Shown here piece by piece: positions 47,854 to 57,029 of a stretch of DNA of 64,000 bases. Source of the stretch: Candidatus Aminicenantes bacterium (GTDB lineage Bacteria > Acidobacteriota > Aminicenantia > UBA2199); the NCBI GenBank assembly GCA_011049425.1, contig DSBM01000125.1:1553-65552 (forward strand), read 5' to 3'. The notes below the pieces were generated by a model. It ran no database searches. It was not told the origin of the DNA and saw nothing but the letters and a program-made list of their open reading frames with translations. Position numbers and translations under genes: made by a program. Position 1 is the stretch's first letter. Each line of letters opens with the position of its first letter.

Positions 47854-49061
47854 CGCACCACCTGAACGGTATTGAAAATGGGAAGGTAAATCGACAACAG
47901 CATAAACGCGATCACCAGGCCCAGTATCACAATCACCACCGGTTCAATTAAGGATATGACGGATGCCACCTTCATGTCAATGGAGGCCTCCAGGAATTCA
48001 CTGTTCTGATCCAGAACTTCCGGCAGGTTGCCGGAAGAATCGCCTACCCGCACCAATTCGACCGTAATGGATGGGATATCCGGCACCCCGGCCAGCACTT
48101 CAGACAACAATCGCCCGCTGCGAATCTCTTCCGGTACATTGCGCATGCGCAGGTAAAGCCAACGGTTTGAAATGCCGGTGACCGCGACTTCTGCGGCATC
48201 CGGGACCGTAACACCGCCGGCAATCAGGATCGACAACGTCCGCGAGAAAACTGAAAAAGCACGCTCACGAATAATCCCGCCTGCAAAGGGGGCGCGGAGC
48301 TTGATGCGGTCGGTAACGGCCAACTCGGGGTTGAGCTTTTCCGCCAGGCGCAGCGCCAGTACCATGGCCGCCAAACCGGCAAGGATGATCGGGGCGTTTG
48401 CCTTGAGAAATCGCGAGGATTGAATGAAAAACAAACTGATTCCCGGCATTTCTGCTTCAAAGTTGCCGTAGAATTCGGAAAAACGCGGGATCACGAAAAC
48501 CATCACGGCGCCCACCATGAGAATCATGAGCACAAACAGAATCGCCGGGTAGGTCAGGCTGCTGACGGTTTTGCGTCGCAACGTGTTGATTCGCTCCAGG
48601 TACGTGTTGAACTGCCGCAACATGCTGTCCAGGTTGCCGCTGCCCTCACCCGCGAGCAGGGACGCACGGTAAATACGCACATATGGAAGTTGGCTGTTGT
48701 TTAGGGCATCGGAAATCTGCACCCCGTTGCGCACGTCACTCAGGGCCCGGGTGACCACTTCTCTGAGCGGTCCTTTGCGCATGCCTTCCAGAATGACTTC
48801 CAGCGCCCGGATAAATGAAGAGCCGGCACGCAGCAACACGGCCAGTTTCTGGTTGAACAAGAGAAACTCGCCATAACGGATGCGCCTTGAGAACAGATTG
48901 CGCAACGACCGGTTCATGCCGAACAGGCGTTGGGCCGAGATGATCTTTTCGTCCCCATCGCCCCGGTATAAGGCTTCCAATTCACGGCGGCCGGCGGCGA
49001 ACACAACCCTTTGTGAAACCCTGCCGGCTACGTTACAAAAACGACAGCGAAAATAGGGCAT
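47850..49061 (-). CDS. GspF/PilC family platform protein
   Basis: LLRAG, GE.SGNL, LTYP, VGDSSGNL, LIEP, IYLPIF. Confidence 0.92.
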   Translation of the reverse strand: MPYFRCRFCNVAGRVSQRVVFAAGRRELEALYRGDGDEKIISAQRLFGMNRSLRNLFSRRIRYGEFLLFNQKLAVLLRAGSSFIRALEVILEGMRKGPLREVVTRALSDVRNGVQISDALNNSQLPYVRIYRASLLAGEGSGNLDSMLRQFNTYLERINTLRRKTVSSLTYPAILFVLMILMVGAVMVFVIPRFSEFYGNFEAEMPGISLFFIQSSRFLKANAPIILAGLAAMVLALRLAEKLNPELAVTDRIKLRAPFAGGIIRERAFSVFSRTLSILIAGGVTVPDAAEVAVTGISNRWLYLRMRNVPEEIRSGRLLSEVLAGVPDIPSITVELVRVGDSSGNLPEVLDQNSEFLEASIDMKVASVISLIEPVVIVILGLVIAFMLLSIYLPIFNTVQVVR

Positions 49062-50330
49062 CTACACCAACCTGGCCTGCCCGGGAAAGAACGGCTCCAG
49101 TATCGGGGGAATCCGCACTCCGCCGTCAGTGGTCTGGAAATTTTCCATAATGGCGGCTACTGTGCGCCCGACGGCAAGACCGGATCCATTAAGGGTGTGT
49201 GGAAAAGTTTTCCGGCCTTTTTCATCCAGAAGCCGGATTCTGGCCCGGCGGGCTTGGAAATCATGGAAATTGGAACAGGAAGAGATTTCCATGTAATCAT
49301 TGCGTGCCGGCATCCAAACCTCGATATCATACGTCTTGGCTGACGAAAAAGACATATCACCCGTACACAACAGCACCACGCGATAATGCAGGTTCAGTCT
49401 TTGCAGGACGCGTTCCGCATCCATGGTCAAGGACTCCAACTCAGCTGCGGAACGCGTCGGGGCCGCAAACTTAAGCAACTCCACTTTGTTGAACTGGTGA
49501 TTGCGGATAATGCCGCGCATATCCTTGCCGTAGGATCCCGCCTCGCTGCGGAAACACGGTGTATACGCCACGTATTTCAGCGGCAAATCGGCGTTGGTCA
49601 AGGCCTCATCGCGATGCAGGTTGGTCAGGGGAACCTCGGCGGTTGGGATCAGGTAAAAATCCTGGCCCTCAACTTTGAACAGGTCTGTCTTGAATTTGGG
49701 TAGATTCCCCGTACCCGTCAAGCTGTCCGAGTTGGCCAAAAAAGGCGGCAACACTTCCGTGTAACCGTGCTCGCGGGTATGCATGTCAAGCATAAACTGG
49801 ATCAGCGTCCGCTCCAGGCGGGCAAGGTTACCGAAGTAGACCGCGAAGCGGGCACCGGCGATCTTGGCGGCACGGGGAAAATCCAGCCGTCCGATATCAC
49901 TACCCAATTCCCAATGCGGCCGCGCCTCAAAATCAAAAGCGGGCTTTTCGCCCCATTGCCGGACCACCCGGTTATCGGTGGCGTCACGTCCCAAGGGAAC
50001 GGAATCGTCCGGCAGGTTGGGAAGGTTCAGCCACAGTTCATTGAACTCTCTCTCCACCTCTCCGAGCTGCTCGTCCAACGCCTCTACTTCCCGTCCCAGG
50101 GCGACACTGTGCTGTTCCAGTTCAGTTGTATCTTTTTTGTCGCGACGCAGTATACCAATCTGTCTGGAGATGGCTTTTCTCTTGCCCTTCAGCGCTTCCG
50201 CATGCGTAATCAGGCGCCGCCGCTTTTCATCCACTGCCTGAAATGTTTCGCTATCGAAATCGACTTTCTTGGAAGTGATCTTTTTCTTTACCTGCTCAAG
50301 GTTTTGGCGCACATAATTCAAATCCAGCAT
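49062..50330 (-). CDS. serS: Serine--tRNA ligase
   Basis: MLDLNYVR, LIPTAEVPL, FRSEAGSYG, HQFNKVE, EISSCSN, TLNGSGLAVGR. True start ATG 50330. Confidence 0.98.
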   Translation of the reverse strand: MLDLNYVRQNLEQVKKKITSKKVDFDSETFQAVDEKRRRLITHAEALKGKRKAISRQIGILRRDKKDTTELEQHSVALGREVEALDEQLGEVEREFNELWLNLPNLPDDSVPLGRDATDNRVVRQWGEKPAFDFEARPHWELGSDIGRLDFPRAAKIAGARFAVYFGNLARLERTLIQFMLDMHTREHGYTEVLPPFLANSDSLTGTGNLPKFKTDLFKVEGQDFYLIPTAEVPLTNLHRDEALTNADLPLKYVAYTPCFRSEAGSYGKDMRGIIRNHQFNKVELLKFAAPTRSAAELESLTMDAERVLQRLNLHYRVVLLCTGDMSFSSAKTYDIEVWMPARNDYMEISSCSNFHDFQARRARIRLLDEKGRKTFPHTLNGSGLAVGRTVAAIMENFQTTDGGVRIPPILEPFFPGQARLV

Positions 50331-50336
50331 GGACGA

Positions 50337-50345
50337 ATTATAACA
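50337..50345 (-). promoter_or_regulatory. Extended -10 promoter, probably leaderless, for serS
   Basis: TGtTATAAT, then 6 nt, then ATG; no SD. Confidence 0.65.
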
Positions 50346-50630
50346 CAGCCCCACGGAGCAGACCATACGCATGCCGCCGGCTTCTCTTAACGGTCCCCTT
50401 CTCAATGTTTTCCACATTTTTTGACTTCGCCCACAGAACCGCCTTGACTTCAACCTCCCCGAACCGGTAATATGAAAAGGTCCCGGAAACGGGGGGATCA
50501 GGCGCGCTCTTTCAACAGCATGAAACCGCACCTGACTGGACCTGGAAGCGGGGACAGCCAAAGGGGGCGTCAACCAGCCGTTTGCGGCATGGGAGTCCGC
50601 TCTCGCTGGTTTGGCGACACTGCGCAGACA

Positions 50631-51842
50631 ATGCATCGCAAAGACGAGACCGCAAATCTGTTGAAAGCCCTGTCCACCGGACTGAATGAGTCTGCGGCGA
50701 TTGAATCATTCCTGCACCGGTTGCCGGAACTTTTGATGCGCCATCTTCCCCTGGGACCTCTCGTCCTTTTTTACCGCGACGGCGACGGCAACCGTTTCTC
50801 GACCTACGGCCGCACACGAGACGTCGGAGAACTCACCAACCTGGCCGATGACAGCAACCTGATCACCTGCTTCAACCACCGCACCAACCCGCTGGTCATC
50901 AATGGCCGTTCCGACATGTATCGCATCCTCTTTAATCGGGACACAGACGGATTGATCGACCGCCTGGGTATCAACCTCATTCTGCCGATCCATTTTCACG
51001 GCTACCATCGCGGAGTGGTGGCCGCGCGAATGGAGCGCAAGTGCCGGATTTCCCCAACTTCAATGGCCCACATTCTTGACCAATGCGCAACCATCATCGT
51101 TCCTGCCATTGAAATGGAAAGGTTGGAACTGGAGAATGACCGCAACCACTATAGATTGTTTAAATTTGATCGCCTGGTCCTGCTGGGCCAAATGGCGGCA
51201 TCCATCGCCCATGAGCTGAAAACTCCCATGAGCACCGTGTTGTTGGAGCTCCAGGAGTTACAGGACGGCGATCTCAATTCCGCGGAAACCATGCGCTCAT
51301 TCGGCAAAATCCGCACAGAGATGATCCGTTTGAATGAGTTGATCGAATCCCTGCTGAGTTTTTCGCGTTTTCGTCCCTTGCAGGTAGAGGAAGTCGACCT
51401 GAAAGCGCTGGTGGAATCAACCCTGGAAAGTCTTCCCTGCAAACGCATACCCGAAGGCGCCCGGATCCACACCCGCTTCGAAAAATCATTGGTGAGCCAC
51501 GCTGACCGCAACCGTCTCCACCAGGTTTTGCTCAACGTCCTGTTTAACGCGTTCGACGCTGCGGGTCCGGGGGGAGAGATTGGAGTCCGCGCGTATGCGG
51601 AGTGTACAAAGACAAAAAGAAACAGGCGCCATGTCATCGCTGTCAGCGACAATGGCCCCGGTATCCCACAAAAGCATAAAAACCATGTTCTGGAGCCTTT
51701 TTTCACCACCAAAACCAATGGCACCGGCCTGGGGCTGTATATTTCTTATGGCATCATGACCAGCCTGAAGGGGGACCTTGAGATCCAGAGCTCGAAAAAG
51801 GGCACGACGGTACTTTTAGTTCTCCCGGGGAAATCAGCATGA
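50631..51842 (+). CDS. Cytoplasmic sensor histidine kinase (GAF-like + HisKA + HATPase)
   Basis: ASIAHELKTP, QVLLNVLFNA, DNGPGI, FFTTK, GTGLGL; no TM. Start uncertain (50472-50631). Confidence 0.9.
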   Translation: MHRKDETANLLKALSTGLNESAAIESFLHRLPELLMRHLPLGPLVLFYRDGDGNRFSTYGRTRDVGELTNLADDSNLITCFNHRTNPLVINGRSDMYRILFNRDTDGLIDRLGINLILPIHFHGYHRGVVAARMERKCRISPTSMAHILDQCATIIVPAIEMERLELENDRNHYRLFKFDRLVLLGQMAASIAHELKTPMSTVLLELQELQDGDLNSAETMRSFGKIRTEMIRLNELIESLLSFSRFRPLQVEEVDLKALVESTLESLPCKRIPEGARIHTRFEKSLVSHADRNRLHQVLLNVLFNAFDAAGPGGEIGVRAYAECTKTKRNRRHVIAVSDNGPGIPQKHKNHVLEPFFTTKTNGTGLGLYISYGIMTSLKGDLEIQSSKKGTTVLLVLPGKSA

Positions 51843-53182
51843 ACGGCAAGGCAACCATCTTGATTGTAGAGGATGACAACGCCCTGCGGGACTCCCTGCG
51901 GCGCATCCTCATGCGCCGAAATTACAGTATTGAGGAGTCTCCCACCCTGAAACAGGCGATGTCCACGGTGAAAACAACCATTTACGAGCTAATACTCCTG
52001 GATCTGACTTTACCGGACGGCAACGGCACCTCCCTGTTGAACCAAATCCGCGAAGAAGACCGCAATCGCGTAATTGTCATCTCGGGTACCCGCAACCTGG
52101 ATATGGCGATCCAGGCCATGAAAATGGGCGTATACGATTTCCTGGTAAAACCGATTGACCGGGAAATCCTGTTGGCCACCATCCAGAAGGCGCTGAACGT
52201 CAATCGCCAGTTGGCGGGCTATCGGGAATTGCGTGGTTCTCTGCGTGATTTTTCCAGTTTTGACCGCATTCAGTTCCGCAGTCGTTTAATGCGCCAAGTG
52301 ATACACAAGGCCCGGGAAGCCGCGGAATCCGATCGCACCATATTGATCCAGGGCGAAACCGGCACGGGGAAAGAACTCCTGGCTTACGCCATTCACAATG
52401 CGTCTCCCCGTCAGCATCGACCCATTATTCCCGTTAACTGTGCCGCGATCCCTGAGCATCTGGCCGAATCAGAGTTGTTTGGATTTGAGCAGGGAGCTTT
52501 TACAGGTGCCGATTCCAGTTATTCCGGACGGTTTCGTTTGGCGGATAAGGGAACCATTTTTCTGGACGAAATCGGAGAACTACCCCAATCCATTCAGTCC
52601 AAATTGTTACGCGTACTTGAGTCCGGCGAAGTCATCTCCCTGAAAAGCCGCCGCATGGACCGGCTGGATGTCCGCGTAATTGCGGCTTCGAACCGCAGTC
52701 TCAAACAAATGGTTGATACCGGACTGTTTCGTGAGGATCTCTTCTACCGGGTGGAACAGATCCGCCTAATCATTCCGCCTTTGCGCAAACGCCCGGAAGA
52801 TATCAAGCTGCTTGCCGATGGTTTTCTGCGCAGCGCGGCTCTCACCTACAACAAGGAAGTGGTGCGTTTGTCCCACGAAGCACAAGCGTATATGACAGCC
52901 TACCACTGGCCTGGAAATGTCCGCGAACTGAAAAACACGGTATTTGAAATCGTGACATTTATCGACGGCACCGAAATTCAACCCAGACACCTGCCCACCA
53001 AGATCCTGGACCGCTCAACCGCGGGGAACGGACCGGTCAAGACCTTGAAGCAGATTGAAGAAGAACACATCCAACAGGTACTTGAATCCACGGGATTCAA
53101 CATCAGCCGTGCGGCCAAGCTGTTGGGAATTTCCCGACCCTCTCTCTACCGAAAAATCAGCGCATTCAACCTGAAGCGTTGA
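51839..53182 (+). CDS. sigma54-dependent NtrC-family response regulator
   Basis: ILIVEDD and LLDLTLPD receiver, GETGTGKE, GAFTGA, FLDEIGE, WPGNVREL, Fis HTH. Confidence 0.95.
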   Translation: MNGKATILIVEDDNALRDSLRRILMRRNYSIEESPTLKQAMSTVKTTIYELILLDLTLPDGNGTSLLNQIREEDRNRVIVISGTRNLDMAIQAMKMGVYDFLVKPIDREILLATIQKALNVNRQLAGYRELRGSLRDFSSFDRIQFRSRLMRQVIHKAREAAESDRTILIQGETGTGKELLAYAIHNASPRQHRPIIPVNCAAIPEHLAESELFGFEQGAFTGADSSYSGRFRLADKGTIFLDEIGELPQSIQSKLLRVLESGEVISLKSRRMDRLDVRVIAASNRSLKQMVDTGLFREDLFYRVEQIRLIIPPLRKRPEDIKLLADGFLRSAALTYNKEVVRLSHEAQAYMTAYHWPGNVRELKNTVFEIVTFIDGTEIQPRHLPTKILDRSTAGNGPVKTLKQIEEEHIQQVLESTGFNISRAAKLLGISRPSLYRKISAFNLKR

Positions 53183-53196
53183 CCGATTCAGGGTGA

Positions 53197-53883
53197 TCAG
53201 CCCAGATATTTGTTGTACAGCCGCATCAGGTCCATCTCTTCCAGGTCCATGGCGGGGATTGGCTCCCGCGGCAGCAGGCGGCCCTTCTTGATAAAAGAGA
53301 CCCGGTCCGCAATCTGCAAGGCGTAAAAAATATCATCGGTCAGATAAAGAATCGCGTGACCATTTTGACGGCGTTGCATCAGCAATTTGTTAAATTCCAG
53401 TTCAAAAGCCTTTTTTTCACCATGGATCAAATCGTTGCATATCAGGTTGGGCGCCGGGATCGCCATGATTATGGCCAGAACCAACTTGCGGAAAGCCTCT
53501 TCATCCGCATCCCGCAAACGTCTGTCCAGTTGTTCCTCGCCCACGTTCAATTTGATCAGGATCTCATATACGGCTTCCCGGGAAAGCTTGGCGGCGCGGC
53601 AAAGGAATGACAGGTGGGCATTGAGGGTGGCTTCGGCATCAAAATCAGCGGCATTTACCGGCTCCAGGGCAACCGTTCCTGCCTTTATTTCGGTTGCGTT
53701 ACCCGGGAAAACCACCTCTCCATGATCCGGGAGAGAAAAGCCCCGCAATACGGAAAAAAGGCGCTTGCGCAGAACTCCCTGTTTGCATAGCAGGCAAAAG
53801 ATTTCTCCGTCCGCCACGGCCAGGTTCAGGTCGTGCACGCAATCATTGCCTTTTCCCAGCGTCAATCCGGACATGCGAATCAT
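53197..53883 (-). CDS. Degenerate ABC-transporter ATP-binding subunit (pseudo-ATPase)
   Basis: NBD scaffold (VHDLNLAVADGEIFCLL...PDHGEV...AILYLT...IADRVSFIKKGRL), but Walker A, signature, Walker B and H-loop are all substituted; ATGA overlap with the permease. Confidence 0.75.
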   Translation of the reverse strand: MIRMSGLTLGKGNDCVHDLNLAVADGEIFCLLCKQGVLRKRLFSVLRGFSLPDHGEVVFPGNATEIKAGTVALEPVNAADFDAEATLNAHLSFLCRAAKLSREAVYEILIKLNVGEEQLDRRLRDADEEAFRKLVLAIIMAIPAPNLICNDLIHGEKKAFELEFNKLLMQRRQNGHAILYLTDDIFYALQIADRVSFIKKGRLLPREPIPAMDLEEMDLMRLYNKYLG

Positions 53884-55223
53884 GGTTCTTTCGCCAGGCG
53901 ATGGTAACGCCGCTGAGACCAGGCGCACATCATGATCATGTACAACAGGATCAGGCATACCCCCCACCCGAACATGGTGGTCAAGTAACTGGGTGACTGG
54001 TAAACGCTCTCTCCCGGACGAACAAAGGATTTCACTTTTTCCGCTTTGTGAAAGTAGTGTTGCTGAAAAAAGAAGCGCATAAAACGCTCCTGAAGATGCA
54101 TGACATGCTGTTTGAAATCAAGGTATCCGCGATATCCCAATCCCGATATCTCACGATTGACGAATAGGAAAAACTGGGATGGGATCAATAGAGAGACGCG
54201 TTCGTATTGCCGGATCAGGCTGGAAACCCGCCGTGTCATATCAAGTTCGATATTGCGATTCAGTAGATGAATGTTTTTCATAAAGAAATGGACTTGCTTT
54301 CGAACCACCGCTTTCATGTCGACATCCTTTTTCTGGCTCATATTGCGTACATGTTCCACCGCCCGGGCCTCGTTTTCCAATACAACCCGCAGCTTCTGGA
54401 AGTTCAACGAGTCGTTGGACGGCAAACGTTGCGACCGGACGTAAACGTACTCGGCAACCAATTCCGGAACCAGGAACACCAGCGCGAACCAAATCAAAAA
54501 GCTCCATAACAGGGTGTTTTTGCTGAACCGGAAGACCCCTTTAAGCATAAACCCCAGGATGAAAAAAAAAGCCAGTACCACCCACAACAACAACCCAGCG
54601 GCCAGCAGATGACGGATCTCGGCCGGAGAAAAAGCGATGCTTCCCCAGAGGGCCAGAGCGCAAAGGCTTGCAATGGGAATACAAAAAAGTGCGGATAAAA
54701 CAGTAAAACGACTTAAAAGAACTCCCCAGAACACGCGTGAATAACCCAGAAACTGCATGCGCAGGACAATGGCGGAGCGACTGGAAAAAGTCGCCGCTCC
54801 GCTATAGACCATGATCAAGGTGCCGATGACAAACAGAAAGCCGAACACATCGCTGAAATAGCCTTTGACCGTGAAAAGCTGGCGCCCTTTGTGCACGTTG
54901 TAAATTTGGACCAATTCGCTCATGTCCACCTTGCTTTCCACGCTGGCCAGCAATCTGCCGCTTTCGGTGAAAACAGCCAGCGGCGATGGTTCAAAGAGCA
55001 CACGGAATCCAAGGGCCGCGTACTGGGCGTAGTTGACATATTGGGGAATCCGTTGTCGTTCATAATTGACAAACGCCTCTTTCTCTAATTGAAACGCGGC
55101 ATGGTTGCGATAGCCGCTAACCACCAGGAAAGTGGTAATCAAGAGAATGAGCAAGCCAACCCCGACAATGCGACGGTCACCCAACACGCGGCCGCTTTCA
55201 AAACAGAGGAATTCCCGGATCAT
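53880..55223 (-). CDS. ABC-2-type exporter permease
   Basis: N-terminal TM, extracytoplasmic loop (GFRVLFEPSPL), several TMs, second loop, final TM; SD GGGGAG. Confidence 0.7.
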   Translation of the reverse strand: MIREFLCFESGRVLGDRRIVGVGLLILLITTFLVVSGYRNHAAFQLEKEAFVNYERQRIPQYVNYAQYAALGFRVLFEPSPLAVFTESGRLLASVESKVDMSELVQIYNVHKGRQLFTVKGYFSDVFGFLFVIGTLIMVYSGAATFSSRSAIVLRMQFLGYSRVFWGVLLSRFTVLSALFCIPIASLCALALWGSIAFSPAEIRHLLAAGLLLWVVLAFFFILGFMLKGVFRFSKNTLLWSFLIWFALVFLVPELVAEYVYVRSQRLPSNDSLNFQKLRVVLENEARAVEHVRNMSQKKDVDMKAVVRKQVHFFMKNIHLLNRNIELDMTRRVSSLIRQYERVSLLIPSQFFLFVNREISGLGYRGYLDFKQHVMHLQERFMRFFFQQHYFHKAEKVKSFVRPGESVYQSPSYLTTMFGWGVCLILLYMIMMCAWSQRRYHRLAKEP

Positions 55224-55274
55224 AAGCGCTCCCCAGCGATCATATCAGCCGTGGAAACCAAAATGCAAACCAAA

Positions 55275-55324
55275 CCCCCCGGCGGAAAGAGCCTTGCTCT
55301 TCCCCCCTTATTTCCGCCGAGGGG
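55275..55324 (-). terminator. GC-rich stem-loop followed by a U-rich tract
   Basis: Minus strand CCCCTCGGCGGAAA...TTTCCGCCGGGGGG-TTTGGTTT, with inner AAGAGC-AAG-GCTCTT hairpin. Confidence 0.55.
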
Positions 55325-55351
55325 CCCGGATCAACCAAAATGATGGATTTT

Positions 55352-55993
55352 TCAAGCATTGTAAAACACCAGCGTGGCATAATTGCCGTATAAGATGGCA
55401 TCTGAATAGTTCTGCAACAACTTCCATATCGATTCAATGGGCGGGCAGATGCCCTGCTGCATCAGCTCGCGGATCTTCTGCATCCCCAGGATGATTTGAT
55501 CAACATGGGCCAGGTTGCGGCGCAGTACTCCGGGGATATCGCCGTTGGACAGGTTCTTTGCCACCCGTTCCATGACCGCAACCAACAGGTTGTTTTTTGT
55601 TGCAAATCCCCGATAGTCAAAACAACGCAGCCGCTCCAGGGCCGCGGCATCGTATTCCGAAACCGCGGCCACGGCCAAAACCTGCGCGTAATGCTCCCTT
55701 GAACAGGCCAACTTTTCAATGGCTGAATCCGCCAACTCCCCACCGCGCTTGAAATCGAAATCCGCCTCATACCCGGTTTCCACCTCGCTAAACAACAGGA
55801 AGGCATCGGCATTGGATTCAAGGAAAATGGACGTTGCCTTCATCACGCGGCTTTCGATGGCCTTTCCGTCACCGCCCAGATAGGGCGGGATTCCGTTCAT
55901 CAAAACCAGGGCATGCAGGTAAGTAAAGATCGTAGCCAGGATTAAACCGGTCAGCACCACCTTGCCCGCGGGAAAAACCTTGTTTTGCTTCAC
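55352..55993 (-). CDS. Exported all-helical hypothetical protein
   Basis: SD AAGGAG before GTG 55993; signal-peptide-like N-terminus; amphipathic helices; C-terminus QNYSDAILYGNYATLVFY. Confidence 0.7.
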   Translation of the reverse strand: MKQNKVFPAGKVVLTGLILATIFTYLHALVLMNGIPPYLGGDGKAIESRVMKATSIFLESNADAFLLFSEVETGYEADFDFKRGGELADSAIEKLACSREHYAQVLAVAAVSEYDAAALERLRCFDYRGFATKNNLLVAVMERVAKNLSNGDIPGVLRRNLAHVDQIILGMQKIRELMQQGICPPIESIWKLLQNYSDAILYGNYATLVFYNA

Positions 55994-56092
55994 GGCGACA
56001 CTCCTTTTCACGGCAGTTGCCCTCTTGCGGCTGCCGCGGCAATTATTCCAGGCCATGATGTTGCGGCCGGCGGAAGTGGATCCGGCTCGATA

Positions 56093-56467
56093 TCAATTCC
56101 CCGCACGTGCGTTTCCTTCTCCATCCAGAAAAAGGGGAACCGTAACCGTCCACAGAATCAAAACTACCGAAGCAAACCAGGAACGATAAAGTCCCCAATA
56201 AGCAAAAGGTCCGCCCAACGTGTAAACCCATACCAGAAAGGACACCGTGCTTGCCGCCAACTGCATGGGCCGGACCACTTTCTGGAAGCGGCGCAGGTAA
56301 AAGGGAGTCAAAACCATAAGCACTGCGGCCGCGGCGGTCATTACCCATGGCCCGGAATCCTCAGGAATCATGCCCTGAACCGCCACCCAGGCGGTGACAA
56401 TTTCAGACGGGATCAGTTTCAGCAGCCGCTCAGAATAGCGTTGCGCCGTCCGGATCTGACGTGCCAT
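56093..56467 (-). CDS. Small membrane protein (3-4 TM), unknown function
   Basis: SD GGAGG; RLLKLIPSEIV motif followed by hydrophobic helices. Confidence 0.7.
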   Translation of the reverse strand: MARQIRTAQRYSERLLKLIPSEIVTAWVAVQGMIPEDSGPWVMTAAAAVLMVLTPFYLRRFQKVVRPMQLAASTVSFLVWVYTLGGPFAYWGLYRSWFASVVLILWTVTVPLFLDGEGNARAGN

Positions 56468-56469
56468 TT

Positions 56470-56871
56470 CTACCTCCCCTCCGCTAAGAACCCACGGTCC
56501 CGGATCTCTTTCAGGATGGCCTCCCGCAATATCGCCTGTATAGATGGCCCAACCGTTTTTACAATCTTTAGGAGTTCATCCTCGCCAATTCGGATGGCCC
56601 TGGCACAGTAAGCCAATTCACGTTTCTCACTTACGTTCACGAGCAACGCGCCCTGCCGGTCCTTCCCTTTAATGACCGTTTCCCGCCCCGCCTCGTGTTT
56701 CACCATAACGACCTCTTTGCCCGCCACCATCTGTGCCGCATTAATGACTTCATCTAAGCTCAGCATGAACGGTTCCAACCTATGATGGGGCATTGGAAAC
56801 ACTTGATAGGGCTGGACATTCGCTTTTTTGCCCTGATTCAAGAACCACCAAGCATCTCTCCAGTGTTTCAT
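56470..56871 (-). CDS. DUF3606-like domain-containing protein
   Basis: C-terminal VNVSEKRELAYCARAIRIGEDELLKIVKTVGPS resembles the DUF3606 pattern (INxxExYExxYW...ELxxAVxxVG). Start uncertain. Confidence 0.5.
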   Translation of the reverse strand: MKHWRDAWWFLNQGKKANVQPYQVFPMPHHRLEPFMLSLDEVINAAQMVAGKEVVMVKHEAGRETVIKGKDRQGALLVNVSEKRELAYCARAIRIGEDELLKIVKTVGPSIQAILREAILKEIRDRGFLAEGR

Positions 56872-57029
56872 TCCTTTACAGCTGGGCGGCTAAAATCCCC
56901 TGCTACCCTTGCTATCAGCGGGTTTTGCTCCTTTGCCTTCAGAATGTTAAGCAATGATACATTATGGTCTGCCACTCCGTATGCATTGATATTTCTATAA
57001 ATTTTGATCGCAACGCCTGTATCGATACT

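Noticed and set aside
50331-50636. Apparent 101-aa N-terminal extension of SerS
   Set aside because: The canonical MLD start at 50330 sits just behind a -10 box; the extension crosses the divergent promoter region.
55256-55275. sigma54-like TTGGTTTGCATTTTGGT upstream of the permease (minus strand)
   Set aside because: The -12 dinucleotide is GG rather than GC and it overlaps the terminator U-tract; too weak to call.
56872-56945. Possible c-di-GMP riboswitch (GGCAAA... plus hairpin) upstream of the DUF3606-like gene
   Set aside because: It lacks the GAAA tetraloop/receptor and GACGCAAAGC core; only a weak stem is present.
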